Of a DNA stretch of 64,000 bases, positions 18,371 through 28,215 are shown piece by piece. Under the pieces are notes generated by a model, which did not search any database, was not told the DNA's origin, and was given only the letters and a program-made list of their open reading frames with translations. The DNA lies in NCBI GenBank assembly GCA_964412585.1, contig CAYPPJ010000001.1, positions 84,151 through 148,150 of the forward strand, read 5' to 3'. The DNA comes from an uncultured Candidatus Saccharibacteria bacterium. Lineage in GTDB: Bacteria; Patescibacteriota; Minisyncoccia; Phycocordibacterales; PALSA-1337. Within the stretch, counting starts at the first letter, position 1. Each line of letters starts with the position of its first letter. Position numbers and translations under genes: made by a program.

Positions 18371-18637
18371 CTATCTCCTCACCATATTTCTAACTATGAC
18401 GACAAGAGTGTAGACGACGATGGCTTCAATACTACTGATATAACCCCAAATACCCATGTCCGGAACCATCCCATACAATGCATCAAAAATAATTCCTGCT
18501 GCAATAAGCTCAATAAAATACGGAAAAAACCATGCGGATATAATAGCGACCGCAAATGCCGCCAACCACCATGACTGCAGGAGACATATCAGGATAACAA
18601 TATCGATGCCGATACGAAGGGGTATATTCTTAGTCAT
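18371..18637 (-). CDS. Small membrane protein in the MreD position
   Basis: 88 aa, fully hydrophobic (AGIIFDALYG); start overlaps the mreC stop. Confidence 0.6.
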   Translation of the reverse strand: MTKNIPLRIGIDIVILICLLQSWWLAAFAVAIISAWFFPYFIELIAAGIIFDALYGMVPDMGIWGYISSIEAIVVYTLVVIVRNMVRR

Positions 18638-19466
18638 TATTTTGAGCAAGCACCCAGCGAATCTGGTATACATTGAGCGGCGGAGCAAAGAGTACTGTCT
18701 TGAAAGGTTGGGTAGGATCAAGTAGAACTGATGAGACAATACCGATCGGCTTTTCATCAAACGATCCGCCGAGAACAAAATCCCCTTCTGCAACTGGCGA
18801 CTCACGCGATATCTGTGCTTCGTACTGTCCTCCTCCACGGCCAACGGCAGTTGCAGCAATATGAGTCGAACCTATGAGTACGGGAATATTTTCACCTGGC
18901 GATGTAAACAATCTGACTTTCGCAGTCGACGCGAAGACATCGACGACACGGCCAATCAATACATTTCCTTGGGCATATATGAGTGTACTGGTTGATATCG
19001 CATAATCACGTCCTATATCCATAATAAGTTGGTCGTATCCCGAAACCGGTGGCCGACGAAGTACTGCAGCAAGTATGAGAGGCTTTGAAAGATGAGGAGG
19101 ATTTTTCGATTTTGAGCTACTGGTGCTAGTAGCATGTTGCGTACTATCACGTCCCAAGAGCAGCTTGAGTTCAGCATTTTCTACTTCAAGAGCTTCAGTT
19201 GCTGCAAGTCGAACCTGCATATCAGCCAAAGTACGATTCAACACCTCCTTTTCGGCAAGAAGCGTTTCGGCCGAAAGAAGTCCCCCACTCCGTATTGAAA
19301 ATTCGGTACGCCAAAAAGGTCTAGCGATCGCCACAAATATGCCAGGAAAAAACCGGGGCGAAATCACTTGGATAACAATAATAACTATAGCCACGACTGC
19401 GGCACCAAAAGCAATATTCTGCCTCATACGCTGGTACGGTCGTTTATGAGTTTGAAGGTAAGTCAT
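18630..19466 (-). CDS. mreC: Rod shape-determining protein MreC
   Basis: TM, coiled coil (ENAELKLLLG), IGRVVDV beta domain; follows mreB. Confidence 0.9.
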   Translation of the reverse strand: MTYLQTHKRPYQRMRQNIAFGAAVVAIVIIVIQVISPRFFPGIFVAIARPFWRTEFSIRSGGLLSAETLLAEKEVLNRTLADMQVRLAATEALEVENAELKLLLGRDSTQHATSTSSSKSKNPPHLSKPLILAAVLRRPPVSGYDQLIMDIGRDYAISTSTLIYAQGNVLIGRVVDVFASTAKVRLFTSPGENIPVLIGSTHIAATAVGRGGGQYEAQISRESPVAEGDFVLGGSFDEKPIGIVSSVLLDPTQPFKTVLFAPPLNVYQIRWVLAQNND

Positions 19467-20511
19467 CTTCGCTTTCTATGAGTACTGAACGATATTTTTC
19501 CAAATCTTCCAAGATGACACCCGCGCCTCGGGCAATGGCGGTCAGGGGATCTTCTGCAATAGTTATAGGAATATTGAGCGTCTCAAGGAGTAGTGCGTCG
19601 AGACCTTTGATGAGTGCCCCGCCTCCTACAAGGTGAATGCCGCGCTTCATAACGTCTGCGAGAATTTCAGGCGGTGTCGTCTCAAGAACTTCTTTTGTTG
19701 CCTCAAGAAGAACATCAATCGACTGACCGATGGCCTCGCGGATATCTGAATCGGTAATGATAACTTCACGTGGCAAACCAGTGATGAGATCGCGGCCACG
19801 AATAGTAGTTTCGAGCGGCTCTCCAGGAAGAACGGCACCGACATCTTTTTTTACTTGTTCAGCAGTCGTTTCGCCAATCAGGATTTTGAATTCATTACGA
19901 ATATACGAAATGATATCGTTGTTGAGCTTGTCACCGGCAATTTTCAAATTTTTTGAACGAACAATACCACCAAGAGAAATAACCGCGATATCAGTCGTAC
20001 CTCCTCCAATATCAATAATCATACTTCCCACGGGTTCATGGATCGGCAAGCGAATACCAATCGCTCCCGCCATGGGCTGCTCAACAATATACACTTCGCG
20101 AGCGCCAGCATTTTTTGTCGCATCACGAACGGCGCGTACTTCAACGTTGGTCACACCTGACGGAACTCCGACGACCACGCGAGGACCAAGAAATTTCTTT
20201 GGCATGTATTCTCCAGCACGGCGCATGAGATACGCCAACATTTCTTCAGTCACTTCGAAGTCAGAAATGACGCCATCAACAAGCGGACGAACCGCGGTGA
20301 TGTGCGTTGGGGTACGTCCGAGCATATCTTTTGCGGTCTGACCAACAGCTACAACTTGTCCGGTTTTCTGGTTGACGGCAACCACTGAAGGCTCATTTAC
20401 GACAATGCCTTTACCACGAACATAAACCAGCGTATTAGCGGTACCGAGATCAATACCGATATCATTTGAAAAACGGCTCAATAGGTGGTTCTTTTTCTCC
20501 TTGAACGTCAT
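19444..20511 (-). CDS. mreB: Rod shape-determining protein MreB (copy 1)
   Basis: IGIDLGTANTLV, DIGGGTTD and GGGALI motifs. Confidence 0.97.
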   Translation of the reverse strand: MTFKEKKNHLLSRFSNDIGIDLGTANTLVYVRGKGIVVNEPSVVAVNQKTGQVVAVGQTAKDMLGRTPTHITAVRPLVDGVISDFEVTEEMLAYLMRRAGEYMPKKFLGPRVVVGVPSGVTNVEVRAVRDATKNAGAREVYIVEQPMAGAIGIRLPIHEPVGSMIIDIGGGTTDIAVISLGGIVRSKNLKIAGDKLNNDIISYIRNEFKILIGETTAEQVKKDVGAVLPGEPLETTIRGRDLITGLPREVIITDSDIREAIGQSIDVLLEATKEVLETTPPEILADVMKRGIHLVGGGALIKGLDALLLETLNIPITIAEDPLTAIARGAGVILEDLEKYRSVLIESEDDLPSNS

Positions 20512-20609
20512 AACTGAAGAGTATCACAAACAAGAAAAACGGGTAATTGACAAATCCTGCTAAGCGTGAAATTATGGAAACGGCGGTCAATCACAACTCA
20601 TCTTGATCT

Positions 20610-20966
20610 ATGAACGAACTCATTAACATCTTCGGTCAATGGCCAAAACTAACGCTGGTTGTCATCACACCATTCCTGGCATTCATTGTAGGATTCTCAT
20701 GGTTCTTTTCGGGATACTCTGCGTCACAGCTCTCGAATCTGGGCACCAAAACCTATGCATTCTGGAAATGGGTCATCTGGACGCTCACATCACTCGTTGG
20801 AGTCCTTGGTGGTACTGTTCTTATGATTTTAGCAATTATGAAGGCCACCGGTGGCGACATCCCTCATTTTTTCTACCAGATGGCTGGCATGCTGCTGATC
20901 GCAGTGAGCACCGCACTCGTCTGCGACAAAGTCGAGAAAAATATCTTGGGTGCGCTGGCAAAATAA
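20610..20966 (+). CDS. Hypothetical membrane protein (3 TM)
   Basis: 118-aa hydrophobic ORF with TTGACA upstream. Confidence 0.6.
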   Translation: MNELINIFGQWPKLTLVVITPFLAFIVGFSWFFSGYSASQLSNLGTKTYAFWKWVIWTLTSLVGVLGGTVLMILAIMKATGGDIPHFFYQMAGMLLIAVSTALVCDKVEKNILGALAK

Positions 20967-21023
20967 TGCTCAGCCCTACCCCTTACGCACGCCTCCTGGC
21001 GTGCGATTTTATTTGAAATAATA

Positions 21024-22259
21024 TTACAACGAAGAAATGGCGACCATCTCAACCTTCCCCGTCCTTCTATCTTTTGTTTCAACAGAATTTTCTTTCAAGG
21101 TTTTTGCACTGACTACAATCCTTTTTGGAATACCGATAAGATCAGAGTCCGAGAATTTGGTTCCGGCTGTCTCACCACGATCATCATAGAGAACTTCGAC
21201 GCCTTTTTTGGTCAATTTTTCGTATAAATCGTCAGTTACTTTTTTCACAGCGCCGTCAGTATCAAATAAAGCAACCAAGTGAACCATGAACGGAGAAACT
21301 GATTCTGGCCAGACTAGACCCTTGTCGTCAGACCATAGTTCGGCAATCGTACCCATCACACGTCCTGGACCGATGCCATATGAACCCATGATAACTGGTT
21401 TGTTCTTCCCTTCTTCATCTTTGTAATTCAATCCAAGAGCATCAGAAAATTTGGTACCAAGACTAAAAATATTTCCAACTTCAACCGCCTTCTTTTCTGC
21501 CAAGTCAGCGCGTGTGATCCCCAAATCTCCGAGCACTTCATCATTCAACACCTCTTTGTTGACTGCCAACCTCTTACCTTCGTGAACATAAATAGTATCC
21601 TCACCAGCATCAGTAAGCGTCTGAAATTCATGTGAATACTTCGAAAACGAACCTCCGGCAGCAAATGTGGTATATGTTTGTGCGCCGATGCCTAGTCGAT
21701 CAAAAATCCTCACATATGCCTTTTTTGCTTGTTCATAAAAATCTTGATGGGCTTTTTCATCAACATTGAATGAGTACAAATCCTTCATCAAAAACTCGCG
21801 GGCGCGCATGATGCCAGACTTTGCTCTTTCTTCATTGCGAAACTTTGTTTGAAATTGATAGACGGCTTTTGGCAAATCGCGGAATGATCGTATGTGATCT
21901 TTCATCAAGTTCGTCAGCGGCTCTTCATGAGTAAATCCGAGACCGACTTCACTGCCATTTTTGAGTTTCGTCTTGAACCAGTTATCGACAACTGCATCAT
22001 CCCAGCGGTTTGTCGTCTCCCAAACTTTTTTATCCTGCAATGCAGTAAGATGGACTTCTTGTCCACCAATGGCATTCATTTCTTCGCGAATGATCTGCAC
22101 GATCTTGTTCATTACCCTGAGACCAAGCGGCAAAAACGAATAGACGCCAGCCATCTCTTTGTTGATATATCCCGCACGGATAAGGAGTTGCGCGTTCTTG
22201 GCAACTTCATCCTTTGGTGCTTCGCGGCGCGTCTTGGTGAAGAGATGGGATTGTTTCAT
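21024..22259 (-). CDS. proS: Proline--tRNA ligase (short form without the INS editing domain)
   Basis: THEE, KFRNEERAKSGIMRAREFLMKDLYSF, EVGNIFSLG and MGSYGIG motifs; 411 aa. Confidence 0.95.
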   Translation of the reverse strand: MKQSHLFTKTRREAPKDEVAKNAQLLIRAGYINKEMAGVYSFLPLGLRVMNKIVQIIREEMNAIGGQEVHLTALQDKKVWETTNRWDDAVVDNWFKTKLKNGSEVGLGFTHEEPLTNLMKDHIRSFRDLPKAVYQFQTKFRNEERAKSGIMRAREFLMKDLYSFNVDEKAHQDFYEQAKKAYVRIFDRLGIGAQTYTTFAAGGSFSKYSHEFQTLTDAGEDTIYVHEGKRLAVNKEVLNDEVLGDLGITRADLAEKKAVEVGNIFSLGTKFSDALGLNYKDEEGKNKPVIMGSYGIGPGRVMGTIAELWSDDKGLVWPESVSPFMVHLVALFDTDGAVKKVTDDLYEKLTKKGVEVLYDDRGETAGTKFSDSDLIGIPKRIVVSAKTLKENSVETKDRRTGKVEMVAISSL

Positions 22260-22392
22260 GGCTTATATAATAGCGTAATTTTTCTCTTGATACGAGATAT
22301 TGACTGTTTCGCACTTATTATGTTATGGTTTATTCAGTTTAACAACGCCTGCATAATAGCGGCGTACAACTTGAAATACGGAGAGAAATTAT

Positions 22393-23109
22393 ATGACCAA
22401 CATGTTACTGAATTCAATGATCTTCATTTGGTTCATCGCTGGGTGTGCGGGCTGGATTTTCATCGTCATATTCCTTTTCGGTCGCCTGTTTGATTGCGTC
22501 GGAAGTAACAGGATGACGATTACGCAGTCCTGCATGCGCTGGTGGAGTGTTTCCAGTCCAACCTACAAACTATACGGCTTCATTGGAATTCCAGCTGTTA
22601 TTTGCAGTTTTTTCCTTGAAGCGACTGGCGGAGGATACATGTTTTCCAAAGTTAACGGAGACTACCTCGGTAAAAAGAACACGCTGACCATCATGACGCA
22701 ACGTGCGTACAATCGAATGATGGCGCAGGTTGAATTGCGTGACACGAGACTAAGCGGCACTGACACCTTCCCTGTGGGTGACAACAAAAAAACTGATCTC
22801 GCTATTCAATGGCAAGGCACAACAAACGAGGTACAGCGTATCGCGTTTACGAAATATGCGGTCATGTCGAAATACCCTGAAGGCCAAGAGGTTAAATTGT
22901 TCGTCGCCGAGTTACTTAGTAGAAACTCTGAGACGATGTCAAATCTGGCAGCCTTCGTCGAGAACCGCGAGAAAAAACCCCAAGATTACAGCATCAGCGA
23001 CGAGTTAAGCCAGTTTACGATGATAGCAAATGCCCTCAGCGAACCGTTGAAAAAATTTGGCATCTCCGTTAAATCAATCAAACTGCAGCCATCATGCGGA
23101 TGCCCTTAA
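22393..23109 (+). CDS. Hypothetical membrane protein, possibly a divergent SPFH/band-7-like domain
   Basis: Two TMs; C-terminal LSEPLKKFGISVKSIKLQP resembles an SPFH terminus; GGAG SD and a downstream terminator. Confidence 0.5.
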   Translation: MTNMLLNSMIFIWFIAGCAGWIFIVIFLFGRLFDCVGSNRMTITQSCMRWWSVSSPTYKLYGFIGIPAVICSFFLEATGGGYMFSKVNGDYLGKKNTLTIMTQRAYNRMMAQVELRDTRLSGTDTFPVGDNKKTDLAIQWQGTTNEVQRIAFTKYAVMSKYPEGQEVKLFVAELLSRNSETMSNLAAFVENREKKPQDYSISDELSQFTMIANALSEPLKKFGISVKSIKLQPSCGCP

Positions 23110-23255
23110 CCGCAGCACCTTCTTCCCGCAGCTGCCGCTGGTCAAGCCTGACTGGTGGCGGTTTTTTATACTCATTTATTTTCCCTTCATTGTCTCTTCC
23201 TTCAACTCTTTTCGTAGTACAGAAACACCGGGTTATAGATTCGCTACATGCGAGT

Positions 23256-24356
23256 TTATTTAAACAACTTCACAATATCCTGATATGTCACTATGACCAT
23301 GAGTAACATGAGTAAGGCAAAGCCGACCAAATTGACCGTATTGGTAAACTTCATGGGGATTCTCCTGCGAGTAATGCCTTCAATAATCACAAACAAGGTC
23401 CGACCACCATCAAGCGCTGGAAATGGAATGAGGTTGATAACACCCAAGTTGATAGAGATGAGAGCAGTAATCATTATCAAATAGGTAAAGCCCATATGCG
23501 CCGCATCACCTACGATCCCTGCAATACCGACCGGACCTGCCACATCAGAGAAGTTTGCTGTGCCTTGGAATATATTGAGGAAAAACGTATACAGCCCAAC
23601 CGCAGTCTCACGGATCATGACCAATGTGTAGTGAAGACCCTCCCAGATCGATGAGAAAAATGAAAGTTTCAAACTTCCCACCTTTTGCATCGCAATGCCT
23701 ACTGCAAATGTCGAGGTCGCACCAGAGACCAAACCTTGAGCCGGAGTTATCTCAATATTTTTGGTTTCTGCATCACGCTTTATTTGGAAAGTAATAGCAT
23801 GTCCTTCACTTGAGGCAATATATTTTTGTACTGCCGGAATCGTAAATTCGTCTGAATGTCCAGTGGCACTCACCAGTACATCGCCCATTTTGAGACCTGC
23901 CTTATCAGCGGGTGATGCGGGTTCGATATATGTAACCATGATCCGTTGATTGGTAAATGTGTCCGCGTATTTTTCAAATCCATCACTTGTAGCGGTAACT
24001 CCTGACATGAATGCGCATGTGTACAACAGCCACGCAAACAAAAAATTGAAGAACACACCGGCAACAAGAACCATCACCTGCTTCCAGCGCTTCTTGTTGA
24101 CAAAACTTCGCGCTGCATCTGACCCACTCACAGACTCCTCATCTGGGTTTTCACCATGAATCTTCACAAAACCGCCAAATGGAATGAGGTTGATACCATA
24201 CTCTGTCTCCCCTCTCTTCCAGTGAACAATGCGAGGGCCAAAGCCAACTTTAAATGCATCAACACGAATACCTGCTGATCGTGCAGCAAGAAAATGTCCG
24301 AGCTCATGCACGAATATAAGAACAGCGAGAACTATGAGAAAAATCAGTACGGTCAT
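23256..24356 (-). CDS. rseP: RIP metalloprotease RseP (M50, PDZ)
   Basis: HELGH and NLIPFPALDGG motifs; PDZ SPADKAGLKMGD. Confidence 0.95.
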   Translation of the reverse strand: MTVLIFLIVLAVLIFVHELGHFLAARSAGIRVDAFKVGFGPRIVHWKRGETEYGINLIPFGGFVKIHGENPDEESVSGSDAARSFVNKKRWKQVMVLVAGVFFNFLFAWLLYTCAFMSGVTATSDGFEKYADTFTNQRIMVTYIEPASPADKAGLKMGDVLVSATGHSDEFTIPAVQKYIASSEGHAITFQIKRDAETKNIEITPAQGLVSGATSTFAVGIAMQKVGSLKLSFFSSIWEGLHYTLVMIRETAVGLYTFFLNIFQGTANFSDVAGPVGIAGIVGDAAHMGFTYLIMITALISINLGVINLIPFPALDGGRTLFVIIEGITRRRIPMKFTNTVNLVGFALLMLLMVIVTYQDIVKLFK

Positions 24357-24359
24357 GTA

Positions 24360-24911
24360 TTAGCTCAGAAGTTCCTTTTCCTTCTTGATGTAGGCATCAT
24401 CAAGTTTTTTATTTACATCATCGACAAGCTTCTGCGCGTCTTTCTTTGCACGGAACGCATCGTCCTTGCCCATGGCACCGTCTTTTTCTTTTACATCAAG
24501 ATCTTTGACGACAACATCTCGATGGCCACGTACCTGCTTCTTTGCCTCCTCCATTTTTTCTTTGGCAGTTTTTGCAATCTGCTGACGACGTTCGCCCGTC
24601 AGCTCTGGGAACATCACACGGAGACCCTGATCATCAACAACTACAGAAAGACCAAGATTTGCGACAGTGATAGATTTTTCAATCTCTTTTGTCTGTGACT
24701 TATCCCACGGTGCAATACGAAGAACTCGAGCACCTTCTATGGTGACGCTGGCAACCTCTTTGAGTCCCATCGGAGCGCCATACACTTCGACTTTGACGCT
24801 ATCAAGAACTGCCGGAGATGCCTGACCCGTACGAATCTGTTGAAGCTCTTTTTTGAGCCACTCTTCTGCAGAAGCAAGTTGTTTTTTGAATGGGTTAAAG
24901 TCGTAGGCCAT
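24360..24911 (-). CDS. frr: Ribosome recycling factor
   Basis: IRTGQASPAVLD and PELTGERRQQ motifs. Confidence 0.95.
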   Translation of the reverse strand: MAYDFNPFKKQLASAEEWLKKELQQIRTGQASPAVLDSVKVEVYGAPMGLKEVASVTIEGARVLRIAPWDKSQTKEIEKSITVANLGLSVVVDDQGLRVMFPELTGERRQQIAKTAKEKMEEAKKQVRGHRDVVVKDLDVKEKDGAMGKDDAFRAKKDAQKLVDDVNKKLDDAYIKKEKELLS

Positions 24912-25053
24912 AGGGATAGAGATTAGTAATTAGTAATTGGAAATCAGAAAAATGCAGCATAACTGTTCTACGAGATGATTATAGCACAAATAAAAAACTC
25001 CCGAAGGGAGTTGGGCCAAATACATTGTGCCTATAGGGTATTAACCCAGTCAA

Positions 25054-25734
25054 TCAGATATTCAGCATTACATACTCGAGAAGCATTTTAATACTCGGAG
25101 CACGGTCATGCATATAGTTTCGCGCCATTTCAATTGTCAGAAGAGCCGATGCACCTTCTTGTACCCCTTTTTGTTCACGCACCACAGTTTGGAGTGCATT
25201 AAGAAGTTCTATTGCATCTTGTCTGGTCTTTTTTTCCTTTGAAATGTCATCGATGAGCTTTTTTACTTCCTCAAGTCTTTTTGCTTTTGAAAGGGCTGTC
25301 AATCTCTCAGCTATTTTCAATAGTTCTGAATCAGTAGTTTTTTCTTTGCCCGTTTCTCCAAGGAACCTCATACGAGACTTTACTGTCGGCAATAACAAAT
25401 GAGTAGAAGGAATCAATATGAAAAAATGTGCATATTCTGCCGGCTCTTCAAGTAATTTGAGTAGAGCGTTTTGCGCTTCGATGGTAACACCATTCATCTG
25501 AAGTATGAAAATTTTCTTCCCAGTTTCTGTTACAGGTCGCATACCATGGAATGTTTTGACTGCACGAGCATCATCTATAACAAACATCTCATAAAAATGG
25601 TCAAAGAAATCGGGGTTGCCTTGTGATTCGATCTTATGATGTGTGGCGAGTGCAGAAATAAGGTCAGCACGGGCGGAGTCCGAGCTGATGAGGTAATAAG
25701 CGTGGTGAGAGAGTAGTTGTTGAGGAAAATCCAT
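25054..25734 (-). CDS. holB: DNA polymerase III delta-prime-like subunit (reduced)
   Basis: EAQNALLKLLEEP and LLPTVKSR motifs. Confidence 0.85.
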   Translation of the reverse strand: MDFPQQLLSHHAYYLISSDSARADLISALATHHKIESQGNPDFFDHFYEMFVIDDARAVKTFHGMRPVTETGKKIFILQMNGVTIEAQNALLKLLEEPAEYAHFFILIPSTHLLLPTVKSRMRFLGETGKEKTTDSELLKIAERLTALSKAKRLEEVKKLIDDISKEKKTRQDAIELLNALQTVVREQKGVQEGASALLTIEMARNYMHDRAPSIKMLLEYVMLNI

Positions 25735-25765
25735 AGTCTCAATTATAGCGCACCGTACAGGAATT

Positions 25766-26779
25766 CTACCTCTTACTCATCATGGTCTTCTTGTACACAT
25801 CCAAATGTTCAAGTGCGATACCAGTCCCCTTTGCAACACAGAGCAGCGGCTCATCTGCCATCTGCGCCTTGACGCCAGTACGACGAAATACGAGTTCGGG
25901 AAGATTACGAAGCATCGATGAACCGCCCGTCATCGTGATTCCTTGATCAATAATGTCCGCTGCCAATTCTGGAGGAGTTTCCTGGAGTACATCTTTGATA
26001 GCTTTGATCATGTCACGCAAAGGCGCAGCAATCGCTTTTACGATTTCATTTGTTTTGATCTCAGTCGAGCGAGGAAGTCCAGAAATATAATCGCGTCCCT
26101 TCACTTGCATGCCTAGCTCCTGATCGAGTGGGATAGCAGAACCAATAGTGATCTTGATTATTTCAGCCATGTGGTCACCAATAGCAAGGTTGAATGTTTT
26201 TTTGACGTAGTCAGTAATAGCAGCGTCTATTTTATTTCCAGCAACTTTTACCGAAGTTGAAGACACTATTCCTCCCAACGAAATAACTGCCACATCAGTA
26301 GTGCCTCCACCAATGTCGACAATCATATGTCCGCGTGGTTCTTGGATCGGAATACCTGCACCAATAGCGGCGAGAATTGGCTCTTTGACCACATACGCAT
26401 TTTTTGCGCCTGCACGGAGAGCAGCTTCAACGACTGCGCGGCGTTCAGTGGAGGTAATACCGGCAGGTACAGACACCATGACATCAGGTTTGAAAAATGA
26501 AAAACGGCCTAGGGCTTTATCTATAAAATAGCGGAGCATGGCCTCGGTCACACGGTAATCAGCGATAACTCCATCGCGCATCGGACGATAGGCAACAATA
26601 TTATCTGGCGTGCGACCAACCATTTCCTTTGCCTCATTGCCTACGGCGAGGACTTTTTTATCAACTTCAGAAACCGCTACTACTGAAGGCTCATTCAGGA
26701 TAATTCCCTTACCTGGCAAAAAAACCAGTGTATTAGCTGTGCCGAGGTCAATGCCAAGTTTTGATGAAAAGAGACCCAT
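25766..26779 (-). CDS. mreB: MreB/Mbl actin-like protein (copy 2)
   Basis: LGIDLGTANTLV and DIGGGTTD motifs; follows murA as mbl does in Firmicutes. Confidence 0.93.
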   Translation of the reverse strand: MGLFSSKLGIDLGTANTLVFLPGKGIILNEPSVVAVSEVDKKVLAVGNEAKEMVGRTPDNIVAYRPMRDGVIADYRVTEAMLRYFIDKALGRFSFFKPDVMVSVPAGITSTERRAVVEAALRAGAKNAYVVKEPILAAIGAGIPIQEPRGHMIVDIGGGTTDVAVISLGGIVSSTSVKVAGNKIDAAITDYVKKTFNLAIGDHMAEIIKITIGSAIPLDQELGMQVKGRDYISGLPRSTEIKTNEIVKAIAAPLRDMIKAIKDVLQETPPELAADIIDQGITMTGGSSMLRNLPELVFRRTGVKAQMADEPLLCVAKGTGIALEHLDVYKKTMMSKR

Positions 26780-26827
26780 AGGTGGGTTTGACTATAGCAT
26801 ACCTATGGGAGCATTCAATACAAAATA

Positions 26828-28147
26828 TTAGCCTTTGACTCTCTCGACCCGTGCTCCCAATTTTCGTAGTACTTCTTCCAACTGTTCATACCCCCTATCT
26901 ATCAGATGAACATTATTGACCACTGACTTCCCTTTTCCTATGAGCGCAGCAAGTACGATAGCAAAACCGGCGCGAATATCGTGCGCGGTCAACTCTGTAC
27001 CATCTGGCAATTCTTTGAACGGGGTTGGACCTTTGACCACAATCTCGTGCGGATTGACTGTGGTGATCTGCGCACCTAGTTTTAGTACATCTTCAACGTA
27101 TTTAAAACGACCCTCAAAAATTGTCTCAACCACCGTAGTCTGTCCCGTACACTGGGTCAAGAATACAACCATCGGTGACTGAAGATCCGTGGGAAATCCA
27201 GGGTACTCGAGCGTCTGTATACGAGCAACTGATGAATATTGAACAGGACGTGAGTCATTTCGAACGACTATAGAATCAGCGCCGACCGTAATATCTGCCC
27301 CGGCCGACTTGAGTAATGCAATAACCGACTCCACATGATCAGGACGACACTGTGTAATGGTAAGTTCTTTTGCACACAGAGCACCCAATATAAGAAAACT
27401 ACCTGTAGTAATGCGGTCTGGAATAGTTACAAATGGTTTGCGTGCTGAAAGTAATTTTCCAGATCTTCCGGTGATGGTGATAGTTGAAGTGCCCGCCCCC
27501 ACTATCTCCGCACCTGAATCAGTGAGCCACTCTGCAACATTCACGATTTCTGGTTCGCAGGCACAGTTTTTCAACACTGTTGTGCCTTTTGCCAACACTG
27601 CAGCCATCATCAACGTCTCTGTAGCACCAACTGATATTTTTTTGAAAGTAATTTCCGTACCCTGAAGTTCTGTGGATACTGAAATGTCATACGCGCAATC
27701 GTGCTCATTGACTGTTGCGCCCATGTCTTCATATCCTGAAAGAAACAAATCGATTGGCCGTGCGCCGATGACGCAGCCACCTGGAGCGGGAAAGGTGACT
27801 TTTTTGTAACGAGCCAACAATGGGCCAGTGAGAACTACCGACGCGCGCATACCCTTTGCCAATTCATCATCAATATGAGTTGAGCTTAAAGTCGATGAAT
27901 CGATGATAATCTTTTGCGGGTTGTCCTTCGTACGCTCTACACGTGCACCCAATTTTTCCAAAATGGTTGAAAGTGTCTGAATATCACTGTTATTGGGAAC
28001 ATTTTCAAGTGTGACTGGTCCATCAAACAAAATTGCCGCTGCCATTGCTTTGAGTGCAGAGTTTTTTGCGCCATTGATGCGCACCGAGCCCTCGAGTGTT
28101 CGAGCTCCAGCGAGGCCTTGTATGATAAATTGGCTCTTTGTATCCAT
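26828..28147 (-). CDS. murA: UDP-N-acetylglucosamine 1-carboxyvinyltransferase
   Basis: GAKNS, MRAS, PGGCVIGARPID, YPGFPTDLQ and DRGY motifs. Confidence 0.97.
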   Translation of the reverse strand: MDTKSQFIIQGLAGARTLEGSVRINGAKNSALKAMAAAILFDGPVTLENVPNNSDIQTLSTILEKLGARVERTKDNPQKIIIDSSTLSSTHIDDELAKGMRASVVLTGPLLARYKKVTFPAPGGCVIGARPIDLFLSGYEDMGATVNEHDCAYDISVSTELQGTEITFKKISVGATETLMMAAVLAKGTTVLKNCACEPEIVNVAEWLTDSGAEIVGAGTSTITITGRSGKLLSARKPFVTIPDRITTGSFLILGALCAKELTITQCRPDHVESVIALLKSAGADITVGADSIVVRNDSRPVQYSSVARIQTLEYPGFPTDLQSPMVVFLTQCTGQTTVVETIFEGRFKYVEDVLKLGAQITTVNPHEIVVKGPTPFKELPDGTELTAHDIRAGFAIVLAALIGKGKSVVNNVHLIDRGYEQLEEVLRKLGARVERVKG

Positions 28148-28215
28148 ATAAGAAGTCTATTCTACTGTTTTTTTGCTCATTTCACAAATGAAGTAAATAA
28201 TGTATAAATACAGCA

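Noticed and set aside
19730-20341. Long antisense ORFs (203 aa opposite mreB, 199 aa opposite proS, 170 aa opposite leuS)
   Set aside because: They are shadow frames of well-supported genes on the other strand.
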